Shown here in pieces: positions 32,089 to 44,380 of a DNA stretch of 64,000 nt. The position numbers were made by a program, and so were the translations under genes. How positions within the stretch are numbered: position 1 is the first letter of the stretch; the number at the start of each line of letters is the position of its first letter. This DNA is from Escherichia coli (GTDB taxonomy: Bacteria; Pseudomonadota; Gammaproteobacteria; Enterobacterales; Enterobacteriaceae). The notes beneath the pieces are model-generated. The model searched no databases, was not told where the DNA came from, and saw only the letters and a program-made list of their open reading frames with translations. The stretch lies in the NCBI RefSeq assembly GCF_016903815.1, contig NZ_CP069973.1. One strand, written 5' to 3'.

Positions 32089-33678
32089 ATGACGTTGTCT
32101 CCTTATTTGCAAGAGGTGGCGAAGCGCCGCACTTTTGCCATTATTTCTCACCCGGACGCCGGTAAAACAACCATCACCGAGAAGGTGCTGCTGTTCGGAC
32201 AGGCCATTCAGACCGCCGGTACAGTAAAAGGCCGTGGCTCTAACCAGCACGCTAAGTCGGACTGGATGGAGATGGAAAAGCAGCGTGGGATCTCCATTAC
32301 CACGTCTGTGATGCAGTTTCCGTATCACGACTGCCTGGTTAACCTGCTCGACACCCCGGGGCACGAAGACTTCTCGGAAGATACCTATCGTACCCTGACG
32401 GCGGTGGACTGCTGCCTGATGGTTATCGACGCTGCAAAAGGTGTTGAAGATCGTACCCGTAAGCTGATGGAAGTTACCCGTCTGCGCGACACGCCGATCC
32501 TCACCTTTATGAACAAACTTGACCGTGATATCCGCGACCCGATGGAGCTGCTCGATGAAGTTGAGAACGAGCTGAAAATCGGCTGCGCACCGATCACCTG
32601 GCCGATTGGCTGCGGCAAGCTGTTTAAAGGCGTTTACCACCTTTATAAAGATGAAACCTATCTCTATCAGAGCGGTAAAGGCCACACGATTCAGGAAGTC
32701 CGCATTGTTAAAGGGCTGAATAACCCGGATCTCGATGCTGCGGTTGGTGAAGATCTGGCGCAGCAGCTGCGTGACGAACTGGAACTGGTGAAAGGCGCGT
32801 CTAACGAGTTCGACAAAGAATTATTCCTTGCGGGCGAAATCACTCCGGTATTCTTCGGTACTGCGCTAGGTAACTTCGGCGTCGATCATATGTTGGATGG
32901 CTTGGTGGAGTGGGCACCTGCGCCGATGCCGCGTCAGACCGATACCCGTACTGTAGAAGCGAGCGAAGACAAATTTACCGGCTTCGTATTTAAAATTCAG
33001 GCCAACATGGACCCGAAACACCGCGACCGCGTGGCGTTTATGCGCGTGGTATCCGGTAAATATGAAAAAGGCATGAAGCTGCGCCAGGTGCGCACCGCGA
33101 AAGATGTGGTGATCTCCGACGCGCTGACCTTTATGGCGGGCGACCGTTCGCACGTTGAAGAAGCGTATCCGGGCGATATCCTCGGCCTGCACAACCACGG
33201 CACTATTCAGATCGGTGACACCTTTACCCAGGGTGAGATGATGAAGTTCACCGGTATTCCGAACTTCGCGCCGGAACTGTTCCGTCGTATCCGCCTGAAA
33301 GATCCGCTGAAGCAAAAACAGCTGCTCAAAGGGCTGGTACAGCTTTCCGAAGAGGGTGCGGTGCAGGTGTTCCGTCCGATCTCCAACAACGATCTGATCG
33401 TTGGTGCGGTTGGTGTGCTGCAGTTTGATGTGGTGGTAGCGCGTCTGAAGAGCGAATACAACGTTGAAGCAGTGTATGAGTCAGTCAACGTTGCCACTGC
33501 CCGCTGGGTAGAATGTGCGGACGCGAAGAAATTCGAAGAGTTCAAGCGTAAGAACGAAAGCCAACTGGCGCTTGATGGCGGCGATAACCTCGCTTACATC
33601 GCTACCAGCATGGTCAACCTGCGCCTGGCGCAGGAACGTTATCCGGACGTTCAGTTCCACCAGACCCGCGAGCATTAA
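32089..33678 (+). CDS. prfC: Peptide chain release factor 3 (RF3)
   Basis: Start placed at [28 protein letters not shown] (529 aa). It has translational GTPase motifs. Confidence 0.96.
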
Positions 33679-34070
33679 TTCTTGCCTCCAGGGCGCGGTA
33701 GCCGCTGCGCCCTGTCAATTTCCCTTCCTTATTAGCCGCTTACGGAATGTTCTTAAAACATTCACTTTTGCTTATGTTTTCGCTGATATCCCGAGCGGTT
33801 TCAAAATTGTGATCTATATTTAACAAAGTAATGACATTTCTGACGGCGTTAAATACCGTTCAATGCGTAGATATCAGTATCTAAAGCCGTCGATTGTCAT
33901 TCTACCGATATTAATAACTGATTCAGAGGCTGTAATGGTCGTTATTCATCACCCATCGCTTTTGTGATGGCGACCATTGACTTCTGTAGAGGGTGAAGTC
34001 TCTCCCTATTCAGCAATGCAACCTCGTGTTGCCAGGCTCAAATTACGAGCAAACATACAGGAATAAATCG

Positions 34071-34676
34071 ATGACTATGACAAGACTGAAGATTTCGAAA
34101 ACTCTGCTGGCTGTAATGTTGACCTCTGCCGTCGCGACCGGCTCTGCCTACGCAGAAAACAACGCGCAGACTACCAATGAAAGCGCAGGGCAAAAAGTCG
34201 ATAGCTCTATGAATAAAGTCGGTAATTTCATGGATGACAGCGCCATCACCGCGAAAGTGAAGGCGGCGCTGGTGGATCATGACAACATTAAGAGCACCGA
34301 TATCTCTGTCAAAACCGATCAAAAAGTCGTGACCCTGAGCGGTTTCGTTGAAAGCCAGGCTCAGGCCGAAGAGGCAGTGAAAGTGGCGAAAGGCGTTGAA
34401 GGGGTGACCTCTGTCAGCGACAAACTGCACGTTCGCGACGCTAAAGAAGGCTCGGTGAAGGGCTACGCGGGTGACACCGCCACCACCAGTGAAATCAAAG
34501 CCAAACTGCTGGCGGACGATATCGTCCCTTCCCGTCATGTGAAAGTTGAAACCACCGACGGCGTGGTTCAGCTCTCCGGTACCGTCGATTCCCAGGCACA
34601 GAGCGACCGTGCTGAAAGTATCGCCAAAGCGGTAGATGGTGTGAAAAGCGTTAAAAATGATCTCAAAACTAAGTAA
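34071..34676 (+). CDS. osmY: Periplasmic osmotically inducible protein OsmY (two BON domains)
   Basis: Start placed at [28 protein letters not shown] (201 aa). Confidence 0.95.
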
Positions 34677-34802
34677 TTCGTCGTAATTCGTCCTCCCGAA
34701 CTTTGTCGGGAGGCGCGATGTGCACCACACTAAAAATATCGCATTGTGTGATTTTCACGCTCATATCAAGCGGTGACATTAACTATGGTAAAGGAGACGC
34801 TT

Positions 34803-34964
34803 ATGTTTCGTTGGGGCATCATATTTCTGGTTATCGCGTTAATCGCCGCCGCACTTGGGTTTGGTGGTCTGGCCGGTACCGCTGCAGGCGCAGCTAAAAT
34901 TGTCTTTGTCGTCGGGATTATTCTGTTCCTGGTGAGTTTGTTCATGGGCCGAAAACGACCCTAG
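34803..34964 (+). CDS. ytjA: Small membrane protein YtjA (DUF1328)
   Basis: 53-aa [25 protein letters not shown]..., preceded by AAGGAGA. Confidence 0.85.
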
Positions 34965-34993
34965 ATTTCAGACCATTAAGAAAATTTTATCCA

Positions 34994-35020
34994 AAGCCAG
35001 TCCAGCGGACTGGCTTTTGT
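34994..35020 (+). terminator. Rho-independent terminator after ytjA
   Basis: AAGCCAGTCC-agcg-GACTGGCTT followed by a T-rich run. Confidence 0.75.
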
Positions 35021-35085
35021 GGTTTTAGCGAATAATAAATTGCGTTACTTTGTCATTCTTTCACAACAAAAACAGGAAGGCAGAG

Positions 35086-36159
35086 GTGGGGCAGCGAATA
35101 CCTGTAACGCTTGGTAATATTGCGCCGTTGTCGCTAAGGCCGTTCCAGCCTGGACGAATAGCTCTGGTGTGCGAAGGCGGCGGACAGCGTGGAATTTTCA
35201 CGGCTGGCGTGCTGGATGAGTTTATGCGCGCGCAGTTTAATCCTTTCGATCTTTATCTCGGCACATCTGCCGGGGCGCAGAACCTCTCGGCGTATATCTG
35301 CAATCAGCCCGGTTACGCGCGCAAAGTCATCATGCGCTATACCACAAAACGCGAATTTTTCGATCCATTGCGCTTTGTCCGTGGAGGAAATCTTATCGAT
35401 CTCGACTGGCTGGTGGAGGCCACTGCAAGCCAGATGCCGTTGCAAATGGATACCGCCGCGCGGTTGTTTGACAGCGGCAAATCGTTTTATATGTGCGCCT
35501 GTCGTCAGGATGACTATGCGCCGAATTACTTTTTACCAACCAAACAAAACTGGCTGGATGTGATTCGCGCCTCCAGTGCGATACCTGGCTTTTATCGTAG
35601 CGGAGTGTCGCTGGAAGGCATTAACTACCTGGATGGCGGGATCAGTGATGCGATTCCGGTTAAAGAGGCGGCAAGGCAGGGAGCAAAAACCTTGGTCGTC
35701 ATCCGCACCGTGCCGTCGCAAATGTACTACACGCCGCAGTGGTTCAAACGCATGGAACGCTGGCTGGGTGACAGTAGCCTGCAGCCGCTGGTCAATCTGG
35801 TGCAGCATCATGAAACCAGCTATCGTGACATTCAGCAATTTATTGAGAAACCACCGGGCAAACTGCGGATATTCGAAATTTATCCGCCGAAGCCATTGCA
35901 TAGTATCGCGCTTGGCAGTCGGATTCCGGCGCTGCGTGAAGACTATAAACTTGGGCGTTTATGCGGTCGTTATTTCCTGGCAACGGTTGGCAAGCTATTA
36001 ACTGAAAAAGCGCCGCTAACCCGCCATCTGGTGCCAGTGGTGACGCCGGAATCGATTGTCATTCCGCCTGCGCCAGTCGCCAACGATACGCTGGTTGCCG
36101 AAGTGAGCGACGCTCCGCAGGCGAACGACCCGACATTTAACAATGAGGATCTGGCTTGA
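35086..36159 (+). CDS. yjjU: Patatin-like phospholipase family protein YjjU
   Basis: The GTG start gives (M)GQRIPVTLGNIAP (357 aa). It has the patatin motifs GGGQRG and GTSAG. Confidence 0.9.
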   Translation: MGQRIPVTLGNIAPLSLRPFQPGRIALVCEGGGQRGIFTAGVLDEFMRAQFNPFDLYLGTSAGAQNLSAYICNQPGYARKVIMRYTTKREFFDPLRFVRGGNLIDLDWLVEATASQMPLQMDTAARLFDSGKSFYMCACRQDDYAPNYFLPTKQNWLDVIRASSAIPGFYRSGVSLEGINYLDGGISDAIPVKEAARQGAKTLVVIRTVPSQMYYTPQWFKRMERWLGDSSLQPLVNLVQHHETSYRDIQQFIEKPPGKLRIFEIYPPKPLHSIALGSRIPALREDYKLGRLCGRYFLATVGKLLTEKAPLTRHLVPVVTPESIVIPPAPVANDTLVAEVSDAPQANDPTFNNEDLA

Positions 36160-36935
36160 TTTGCCGTTTTATCGATACCCACTGCCATTTTGATTTCCCG
36201 CCGTTTAGCGGCGATGAAGAGGCCAGCCTGCAACGCGCAGCACAAGCGGGCGTAGGCAAGATCATTGTTCCGGCGACAGAGGCGGAAAATTTTGCCCGCG
36301 TGCAGGCGTTAGCGGAAAAATATCAACCGCTGTATGGCGCGTTAGGGTTGCATCCGGGGATGTTAGAAAAACATAGCGATGCATCGCTGGAGCAGTTACA
36401 GCAGGCGCTGGAAAGGCATCCGGCGAAGGTGGTGGCGGTGGGGGAGATCGGCCTGGATCTCTTTGGCGACGATCCGCAATTTGAGAGGCAGCAGTGGTTA
36501 CTCGACGAACAACTGAAACTGGCGAAACGCTACGATCTGCCGGTGATCCTGCATTCACGGCGCACGCACGACAAACTGGCGATGCATCTTAAACGCCACG
36601 ATTTGCCGCGTACTGGCGTGGTTCACGGTTTTTCCGGCAGCCTGCAACAGGCTGAACGGTTTGTACAGCTGGGCTACAAAATTGGCGTAGGCGGCACTAT
36701 CACCTATCCACGCGCCAGTAAAACCCGCGATGTCATCGCAAAATTACCGCTGGCATCGTTGTTGCTGGAAACCGACGCGCCGGATATGCCGCTCAACGGT
36801 TTTCAGGGGCAGCCTAACCGCCCGGAACAGGCCGCGCGGGTGTTTGCTGTGCTTTGTGAGTTACGCTTGGAACCCGCAGATGAAATTGCCGAAGTGTTGC
36901 TTAATAACACGTATACGTTGTTTAACGTGCTGTAG
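36156..36935 (+). CDS. yjjV: TatD-family metal-dependent hydrolase YjjV
   Basis: 259-aa ORF from a TTG start that overlaps the yjjU stop. It has the IDTHCHFD motif. Confidence 0.9.
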   Translation: MICRFIDTHCHFDFPPFSGDEEASLQRAAQAGVGKIIVPATEAENFARVQALAEKYQPLYGALGLHPGMLEKHSDASLEQLQQALERHPAKVVAVGEIGLDLFGDDPQFERQQWLLDEQLKLAKRYDLPVILHSRRTHDKLAMHLKRHDLPRTGVVHGFSGSLQQAERFVQLGYKIGVGGTITYPRASKTRDVIAKLPLASLLLETDAPDMPLNGFQGQPNRPEQAARVFAVLCELRLEPADEIAEVLLNNTYTLFNVL

Positions 36936-37050
36936 GCCGGATAAGGCGTTCACGCCGCATCCGGCAGTTGGCGCACAATGCCTGATGCGACGCTTGACGC
37001 GTCTTATCATGCCTACAAGTCTGTGCCGAACTGTAGGCCACATCCGGCAT
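36931..37050. repeat. BIME (three REP units)
   Basis: TGTAGGCCGGATAAGGCGTTCACGCCGCATCCGGCA; AATGCCTGATGCGACGCTTGACGCGTCTTATCATGCCTACA; CTGTAGGCCACATCCGGCAT. Confidence 0.85.
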
Positions 37051-37051
37051 G

Positions 37052-37915
37052 TCACAAATACAGCGCCGGAAATATCAACCGGCTCACCCCGCGCACCTTT
37101 AACGCATCAGCCAACGGCTCAACGTCTTCCGGCGTGGCGCTCGCCCAGCTTTGGGCCTCGCCATACACGCCGTGGGCATGAAACGCGTTCAGGCGTACCG
37201 GAACATCGCCAAGTCCCTTGATAAACGCCGCCAGTTCTTCGATGTGTTGCAAATAATCCACCTGGCCAGGGATTACCAGCAAACGCAGTTCCGCCAGCTT
37301 GCCGCGCTCTGCCAGCAAATAGATGCTGCGCTTAATCTGCTGATTATCGCGTCCGGTTAACTGTTGATGACATTCGCTACCCCACGCTTTGAGATCGAGC
37401 ATCGCGCCGTCGCACACCGGGAGCAATTTTTCCCAGCCGGTTTCGCTCAACATACCGTTACTGTCCACCAGACAGGTGAGATGGCACAGTTGCGGATCAT
37501 TTTTGATAGCAGTAAACAGCGCCACCACAAACGGTAGCTGGGTCGTGGCTTCGCCGCCGCTTACCGTTATCCCTTCGATAAACAGCACTGCTTTGCGGAT
37601 ATGGCTAAGCACCTCATCCACGCTCATGGACTGCGCCATTGGCGTGGCATGTTGCGGACACATCTTCAGGCAGGTATCACATTGCTCGCAGACCACAGCG
37701 TTCCACACCACTTTGCCGTCAACAATCTGCAACGCCTGATGCGGACACTGTGGCACGCACTCCCCGCAATCATTGCAACGTCCCATCGTCCACGGATTGT
37801 GACAGTTTTTGCAGCGCAGATTGCAGCCCTGCAAAAACAGAGCCAGACGACTGCCTGGCCCGTCAACGCAGGAGAAGGGGATAATCTTACTGACTAAAGC
37901 GCATCTGCTGTTCAT
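37052..37915 (-). CDS. yjjW: Glycyl-radical enzyme activating protein YjjW (radical SAM)
   Basis: 287-aa ORF with a CNLRCKNC radical-SAM cluster motif plus extra Cys-rich ferredoxin-like motifs. Confidence 0.92.
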   Translation of the reverse strand: MNSRCALVSKIIPFSCVDGPGSRLALFLQGCNLRCKNCHNPWTMGRCNDCGECVPQCPHQALQIVDGKVVWNAVVCEQCDTCLKMCPQHATPMAQSMSVDEVLSHIRKAVLFIEGITVSGGEATTQLPFVVALFTAIKNDPQLCHLTCLVDSNGMLSETGWEKLLPVCDGAMLDLKAWGSECHQQLTGRDNQQIKRSIYLLAERGKLAELRLLVIPGQVDYLQHIEELAAFIKGLGDVPVRLNAFHAHGVYGEAQSWASATPEDVEPLADALKVRGVSRLIFPALYL

Positions 37916-39437
37916 GGCTTATCACGCGCGGCTGGCGTTCCAGAATACGAGTGTTACGTGCGGCTTCTTCTCCCAGCCAGGTGGTGTTGGTACGTGAGCC
38001 TTCGGCACGATATTTTTCCAGATCCGACAAACGCACCATATAACCAGTAACGCGAACCAGGTCGTTACCGCTGATATTGGCGGTAAATTCACGCATTCCG
38101 GCTTTAAAGGCACCGAGGCAAAGCTGTACCAGCGCCTGCGGATTACGTTTGATGGTTTCGTCGAGCGTCAGAATGTCGCTGATGCCGGAATAATAATAAG
38201 CATGATGCGGGGCGACGGTTTGCAGATGGGTGATCGGATCTGGCTCATCACCATACGGCAAACGTGCGCCCGGCGTGGTGCCGATATCGGAACTTATCCC
38301 CGACTGTGCGTGTAACATGGCGCGTTTTTGCCAGCCATATTTCACGGGGGTATTGGCGACAAACTCCGCCAGTTGCGCGCTGATGCGATAACCCACTTCA
38401 TTTGCGGCGGCCTCTTTACCGTAGCGCGCGGCAATCCCCTCTTTTTCACACAGCAAGTTAACCGCTTCCGCCAGCCCATACATGCCAAACATTGGCACAA
38501 AACGTTCAGGGTTAATCAGCCCTTCTTTCACCAGGAAGCTATTCTCAAAGAAGTGTGATTGTTGATAGAGGAATTCACACCGCGCATCGATGATGGCGAT
38601 CTGCTGCTGGCAGTAGTGCGGTAGAGTGCGCGTAAAGAAGTCTTCCAGCGATTCGCTGCGCTCGGCAATGGCTTTCAGGTTAAGGCGTACCAGCGTGCTG
38701 CCACCACCCGCCAGCGGCAGTGAGTTGTAACAGCTCACAATCCCGTAGCCCCCTTTTGTGAAAATTTTATCATGCACCGGACCGTTGGCGATGTGCGGTT
38801 TGCTACATTCACAGATGTTCTTCGCCACTTCCAGCAGTAGGTCATCAGGGGTGATTTCAGGATCGTAGATAAAGGTCAGGTTCGGTGAAACCTGCTTCAA
38901 CTCTGCGTCTGCACGTAAGATCGCGCGGGTAATGGGCGAATCAGACGGGCCGATATTGGCGTGCATAAAGGCGTCTGGCAGGGTTCTGTCGAGGTAACGC
39001 CAGAAACGTTTTATTCGAATATCGATCTCGTCTTGTGTTAGAATTCTAACATACGGTTGCAACAACGCATCCAGTTGCCCCAGGTAGACCGGCATCGATG
39101 TGACCGACGGTACGTGGTGGTAAAGAATGGTCAGCAGAGAGAGTGCGTCATCAAGATCTTTCGCGCCTTCCAGCTCCAGCCATTCGGAACCGTTCGCCAG
39201 AAAACGGGCGTAATCGGGTAAGACATAGCGCGGTTTGTACGGCGCATGACCTTCAAACATATCGCAGATTACACCCTCATCCAGCGCGTGGCGGGCTTCG
39301 GCAGGAAGCTGCGGATAAGGCAGATTGTTTTCTGCTTCCAGCGCCAGAAAATGGCGCTTCTGCTCCGGGCTAAGCACCGGGCTGGTGACAATTTGCTGGC
39401 AACGTTGTTGCAGTGCATTTTCATGAGAAGTGGGCAT
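37887..39437 (-). CDS. yjjI: Putative glycyl-radical enzyme YjjI (function unknown)
   Basis: 516-aa ORF with the C-terminal glycyl-radical fingerprint LVRVTGY. It overlaps the yjjW start by 29 nt. Confidence 0.92.
   Translation of the reverse strand: MPTSHENALQQRCQQIVTSPVLSPEQKRHFLALEAENNLPYPQLPAEARHALDEGVICDMFEGHAPYKPRYVLPDYARFLANGSEWLELEGAKDLDDALSLLTILYHHVPSVTSMPVYLGQLDALLQPYVRILTQDEIDIRIKRFWRYLDRTLPDAFMHANIGPSDSPITRAILRADAELKQVSPNLTFIYDPEITPDDLLLEVAKNICECSKPHIANGPVHDKIFTKGGYGIVSCYNSLPLAGGGSTLVRLNLKAIAERSESLEDFFTRTLPHYCQQQIAIIDARCEFLYQQSHFFENSFLVKEGLINPERFVPMFGMYGLAEAVNLLCEKEGIAARYGKEAAANEVGYRISAQLAEFVANTPVKYGWQKRAMLHAQSGISSDIGTTPGARLPYGDEPDPITHLQTVAPHHAYYYSGISDILTLDETIKRNPQALVQLCLGAFKAGMREFTANISGNDLVRVTGYMVRLSDLEKYRAEGSRTNTTWLGEEAARNTRILERQPRVISHEQQMRFSQ
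38757..38772. promoter_or_regulatory. DeoR operator OE (inside yjjI coding sequence)
   Basis: TGTGAAAATTTTATCA matches 12/16 of the operator palindrome. It is centred 279 bp upstream of O1, which matches the published spacing. Confidence 0.65.
39036..39051. promoter_or_regulatory. DeoR operator O1 at deoP1 (inside yjjI coding sequence)
   Basis: Perfect palindrome TGTTAGAATTCTAACA. Confidence 0.85.
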
Positions 39438-39544
39438 CTTCTTTTCCTTTTATGCCGAAGGTGATGCGCCATTGTAAGAAGTTTCGTGAAGTTCACTTTG
39501 ATCCTGATGCGTTTGCCACCACTGACGCATTCATTTGAAAGTGA

Positions 39545-39630
39545 ATTATTTGAACCAGATCGCATTACAGTGATGCAAACTTGTAAGTAGATTTCCTTAA
39601 TTGTGATGTATATCGAAGTGTGTTGCGGAG
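39545..39630 (+). promoter_or_regulatory. deoP2 upstream region with tandem CRP sites and a CytR target
   Basis: TGTGATGTATATCGAAGTG and TTTGAACCAGATCGCATTACA half-site pairs lie upstream of O2. Assignment is based on the known deoP2 architecture. Confidence 0.6.
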
Positions 39631-39634
39631 TAGA

Positions 39635-39650
39635 TGTTAGAATACTAACA
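39635..39650. promoter_or_regulatory. DeoR operator O2 at deoP2
   Basis: TGTTAGAATACTAACA, centred 599 bp from O1, which matches the published spacing. Confidence 0.85.
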
Positions 39651-39694
39651 AACTCGCAAGGTGAATTTTATTGGCGACAAGCCAGGAGAATGAA

Positions 39695-40474
39695 ATGACT
39701 GATCTGAAAGCAAGCAGCCTGCGTGCACTGAAATTGATGGACCTGACCACCCTGAATGACGACGACACCGACGAGAAAGTGATCGCCCTGTGTCATCAGG
39801 CCAAAACTCCGGTCGGCAATACCGCCGCTATCTGTATCTATCCTCGCTTTATCCCAATTGCTCGCAAAACGCTGAAAGAGCAGGGTACCCCGGAAATCCG
39901 TATCGCTACGGTAACCAACTTCCCACACGGTAACGACGACATCGAAATCGCGCTGGCAGAAACCCGTGCGGCAATCGCCTACGGTGCTGATGAAGTTGAC
40001 GTTGTGTTCCCGTACCGCGCGCTGATGGCGGGTAACGAGCAGGTTGGTTTTGACCTGGTGAAAGCCTGTAAAGAGGCTTGCGCGGCAGCGAATGTACTGC
40101 TGAAAGTGATCATCGAAACCGGCGAACTAAAAGACGAAGCGCTGATCCGCAAAGCGTCTGAAATCTCTATCAAAGCGGGTGCTGACTTCATCAAAACCTC
40201 TACCGGTAAAGTGGCAGTGAACGCGACGCCGGAAAGCGCGCGCATCATGATGGAAGTGATCCGTGATATGGGCGTAGAAAAAACCGTTGGTTTCAAACCG
40301 GCGGGCGGCGTGCGTACTGCGGAAGATGCGCAGAAATATCTCGCCATCGCCGATGAACTGTTCGGCGCTGACTGGGCCGATGCGCGTCACTACCGCTTTG
40401 GCGCTTCCAGCCTGCTGGCAAGCCTGCTGAAGGCTCTGGGCCACGGCGACGGTAAGAGCGCCAGCAGCTACTAA
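39695..40474 (+). CDS. deoC: Deoxyribose-phosphate aldolase
   Basis: Start placed at [20 protein letters not shown] (259 aa). Confidence 0.96.
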
Positions 40475-40483
40475 GGCTTGATT

Positions 40484-40514
40484 TGCCGGATGACGCAGCG
40501 ATGCTCATCCGGTT
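40484..40514. repeat. REP-like palindrome between deoC and deoA
   Basis: GCCGGATGACGCAGCGATGCTCATCCGGT. Confidence 0.6.
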
Positions 40515-40551
40515 CCCCGATTACCTCGTCTCTTTTCCACGGGAGGTTACC

Positions 40552-41874
40552 TTGTTTCTCGCACAAGAAATTATTCGTAAAAAACGTGATGGTCATGCGC
40601 TGAGCGATGAAGAAATTCGTTTCTTTATCAACGGTATTCGCGACAACACTATCTCCGAAGGGCAGATTGCCGCCCTCGCGATGACCATTTTCTTCCACGA
40701 TATGACAATGCCTGAGCGTGTCTCGCTGACCATGGCGATGCGAGATTCAGGAACCGTTCTCGACTGGAAAAGCCTGCATCTGAATGGCCCGATTGTTGAT
40801 AAACACTCGACCGGCGGCGTCGGCGATGTGACTTCGCTGATGTTGGGGCCGATGGTCGCAGCCTGCGGCGGCTATATTCCGATGATCTCCGGTCGCGGCC
40901 TCGGTCATACTGGCGGTACGCTCGACAAACTGGAATCCATCCCTGGCTTCGACATTTTCCCGGATGACAACCGTTTCCGCGAAATTATTAAAGACGTCGG
41001 CGTGGCGATTATCGGTCAGACCAGCTCACTGGCTCCGGCGGATAAACGTTTCTACGCGACCCGTGATATTACCGCAACCGTGGACTCCATCCCGCTGATC
41101 ACTGCCTCGATCCTGGCGAAGAAACTGGCGGAAGGTCTGGATGCGCTGGTGATGGACGTGAAAGTGGGTAGCGGTGCATTTATGCCGACCTACGAACTTT
41201 CTGAAGCCCTTGCCGAAGCGATTGTTGGCGTAGCTAACGGCGCGGGCGTGCGTACCACCGCGCTGCTCACCGATATGAATCAGGTACTGGCCTCCAGTGC
41301 AGGTAACGCGGTTGAAGTTCGTGAAGCGGTGCAGTTCCTGACGGGTGAGTATCGTAACCCGCGTCTGTTTGATGTCACGATGGCGCTGTGCGTAGAGATG
41401 CTTATCTCCGGCAAACTGGCGAAAGATGACGCCGAAGCGCGCGCGAAATTGCAGGCGGTGCTGGACAACGGTAAAGCGGCAGAAGTCTTTGGTCGTATGG
41501 TAGCGGCACAAAAAGGCCCAACCGACTTCGTTGAGAACTACGCGAAGTATCTGCCGACAGCGATGCTGACGAAAGCAGTCTATGCTGATACCGAAGGTTT
41601 TGTCAGTGAAATGGATACCCGTGCGCTGGGGATGGCAGTGGTTGCAATGGGCGGCGGACGCCGTCAGGCATCTGACACCATCGATTACAGCGTCGGCTTT
41701 ACTGATATGGCGCGTTTGGGCGACCAGGTAGACGGTCAGCGTCCACTGGCGGTTATCCACGCGAAAGACGAAAACAGCTGGCAGGAAGCGGCGAAAGCGG
41801 TGAAAGCGGCAATTAAACTTGCCGATAAAGCACCGGAAAGCACACCAACTGTCTATCGTCGTATCAGTGAATAA
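40552..41874 (+). CDS. deoA: Thymidine phosphorylase
   Basis: TTG start after GGGAGG, giving (M)[20 protein letters not shown] (440 aa). Confidence 0.95.
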
Positions 41875-41904
41875 CGGTATACTGATCTGATCATTTAAAT
41901 TTGA

Positions 41905-43149
<1,245 letters not shown>

Positions 43150-43205
43150 TGGATTTGGGCGGAGCGTTGACTCCGCCTTTGTTATGTCACAAAAAGGATA
43201 AAACA

Positions 43206-43925
43206 ATGGCTACCCCACACATTAATGCAGAAATGGGCGATTTCGCTGACGTAGTTTTGATGCCAGGCGACCCGCTGCGTGCGAAGTATATTGCTGAAAC
43301 TTTCCTTGAAGATGCCCGTGAAGTGAATAACGTTCGCGGTATGCTGGGCTTCACCGGTACTTACAAAGGCCGCAAAATTTCCGTAATGGGTCACGGTATG
43401 GGTATCCCGTCCTGCTCCATCTACACCAAAGAACTGATCACCGATTTCGGCGTGAAGAAAATTATCCGCGTAGGCTCCTGTGGCGCTGTTCTGCCACACG
43501 TAAAACTGCGCGACGTCGTTATCGGTATGGGTGCCTGCACCGATTCCAAAGTTAACCGCATCCGTTTTAAAGACCATGACTTTGCCGCTATCGCTGACTT
43601 TGACATGGTGCGTAACGCAGTAGATGCAGCTAAAGCACTGGGCATTGATGCTCGCGTTGGTAACCTGTTCTCCGCTGACCTGTTCTACTCTCCGGACGGC
43701 GAAATGTTCGACGTGATGGAAAAATACGGCATCCTCGGCGTGGAAATGGAAGCGGCTGGTATCTACGGCGTCGCTGCAGAATTTGGCGCGAAAGCCCTGA
43801 CCATCTGCACCGTGTCTGACCACATCCGTACTCACGAGCAGACCACTGCCGCTGAGCGTCAGACCACCTTCAACGACATGATCAAAATCGCACTGGAATC
43901 CGTTCTGCTGGGCGATAAAGAGTAA
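43206..43925 (+). CDS. deoD: Purine nucleoside phosphorylase
   Basis: Start placed at [26 protein letters not shown] (239 aa). Confidence 0.96.
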
Positions 43926-43957
43926 TTGTGTTTTGCTGAAAGGCGATTGCCTTGTGA

Positions 43958-43987
43958 AGCCGGAGCGGGAGACTGCTCCGGCTTTTT
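43958..43987 (+). terminator. Rho-independent terminator of the deo operon
   Basis: AGCCGGAGC-gggagact-GCTCCGGCT followed by TTTTT. Confidence 0.85.
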
Positions 43988-44085
43988 AGTATCTATTCAT
44001 CAATAGCAACTGATTTATAGATTTACTATTATTTTTCATATGGATAGAAAATAAAATCCATTCAAGTATCTATTCACGAATCTAT

Positions 44086-44349
44086 TCATTTATGTTCAGC
44101 CGTCATCCAGGAAGGGCATATCAGCAACTCTGGTGGACAACCATAAATTTCTGCCATTTTGCTTTTGATGTTTGAGCTAAGCCGTTCCGTCTTTTCGATC
44201 TGTTTTAGAGAATTAATCGAGATACCTAACATTTTACTTACTTCAGCAAGCGATAATTTATGCCTGATACGCACGGCGGCTAGCCAGGAAATACGCTGGC
44301 TGAACATTAAATTGATAATCTCCCGTTCCTGGTTTTCCAGATCGATCAT
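44086..44349 (-). CDS. Small XRE-family helix-turn-helix protein (87 aa), accessory
   Basis: ORF MIDLENQEREIINLMFSQRISWLAAVRIRHKLSLAEVSKMLGISINSLKQIEKTERL... has an XRE-type HTH. A strong SD (GGGAAGGAAAT) precedes the ATG. It lies 31 bp downstream of lplA on the same strand, in AT-rich DNA. Confidence 0.6.
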   Translation of the reverse strand: MIDLENQEREIINLMFSQRISWLAAVRIRHKLSLAEVSKMLGISINSLKQIEKTERLSSNIKSKMAEIYGCPPELLICPSWMTAEHK

Positions 44350-44380
44350 ATTTCCTTCCCTGGATATTTTAATCAGCGAG

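Noticed and set aside
31825-32685. A 286-aa ORF antisense to the yjjG 3' end and prfC 5' end
   Set aside because: It spans an intergenic region and two real genes on the opposite strand. It has no RBS and no family resemblance, so it is a shadow ORF.
34038-34730. A 230-aa ORF antisense to osmY
   Set aside because: This is a shadow of the OsmY gene. There is no independent support for it.
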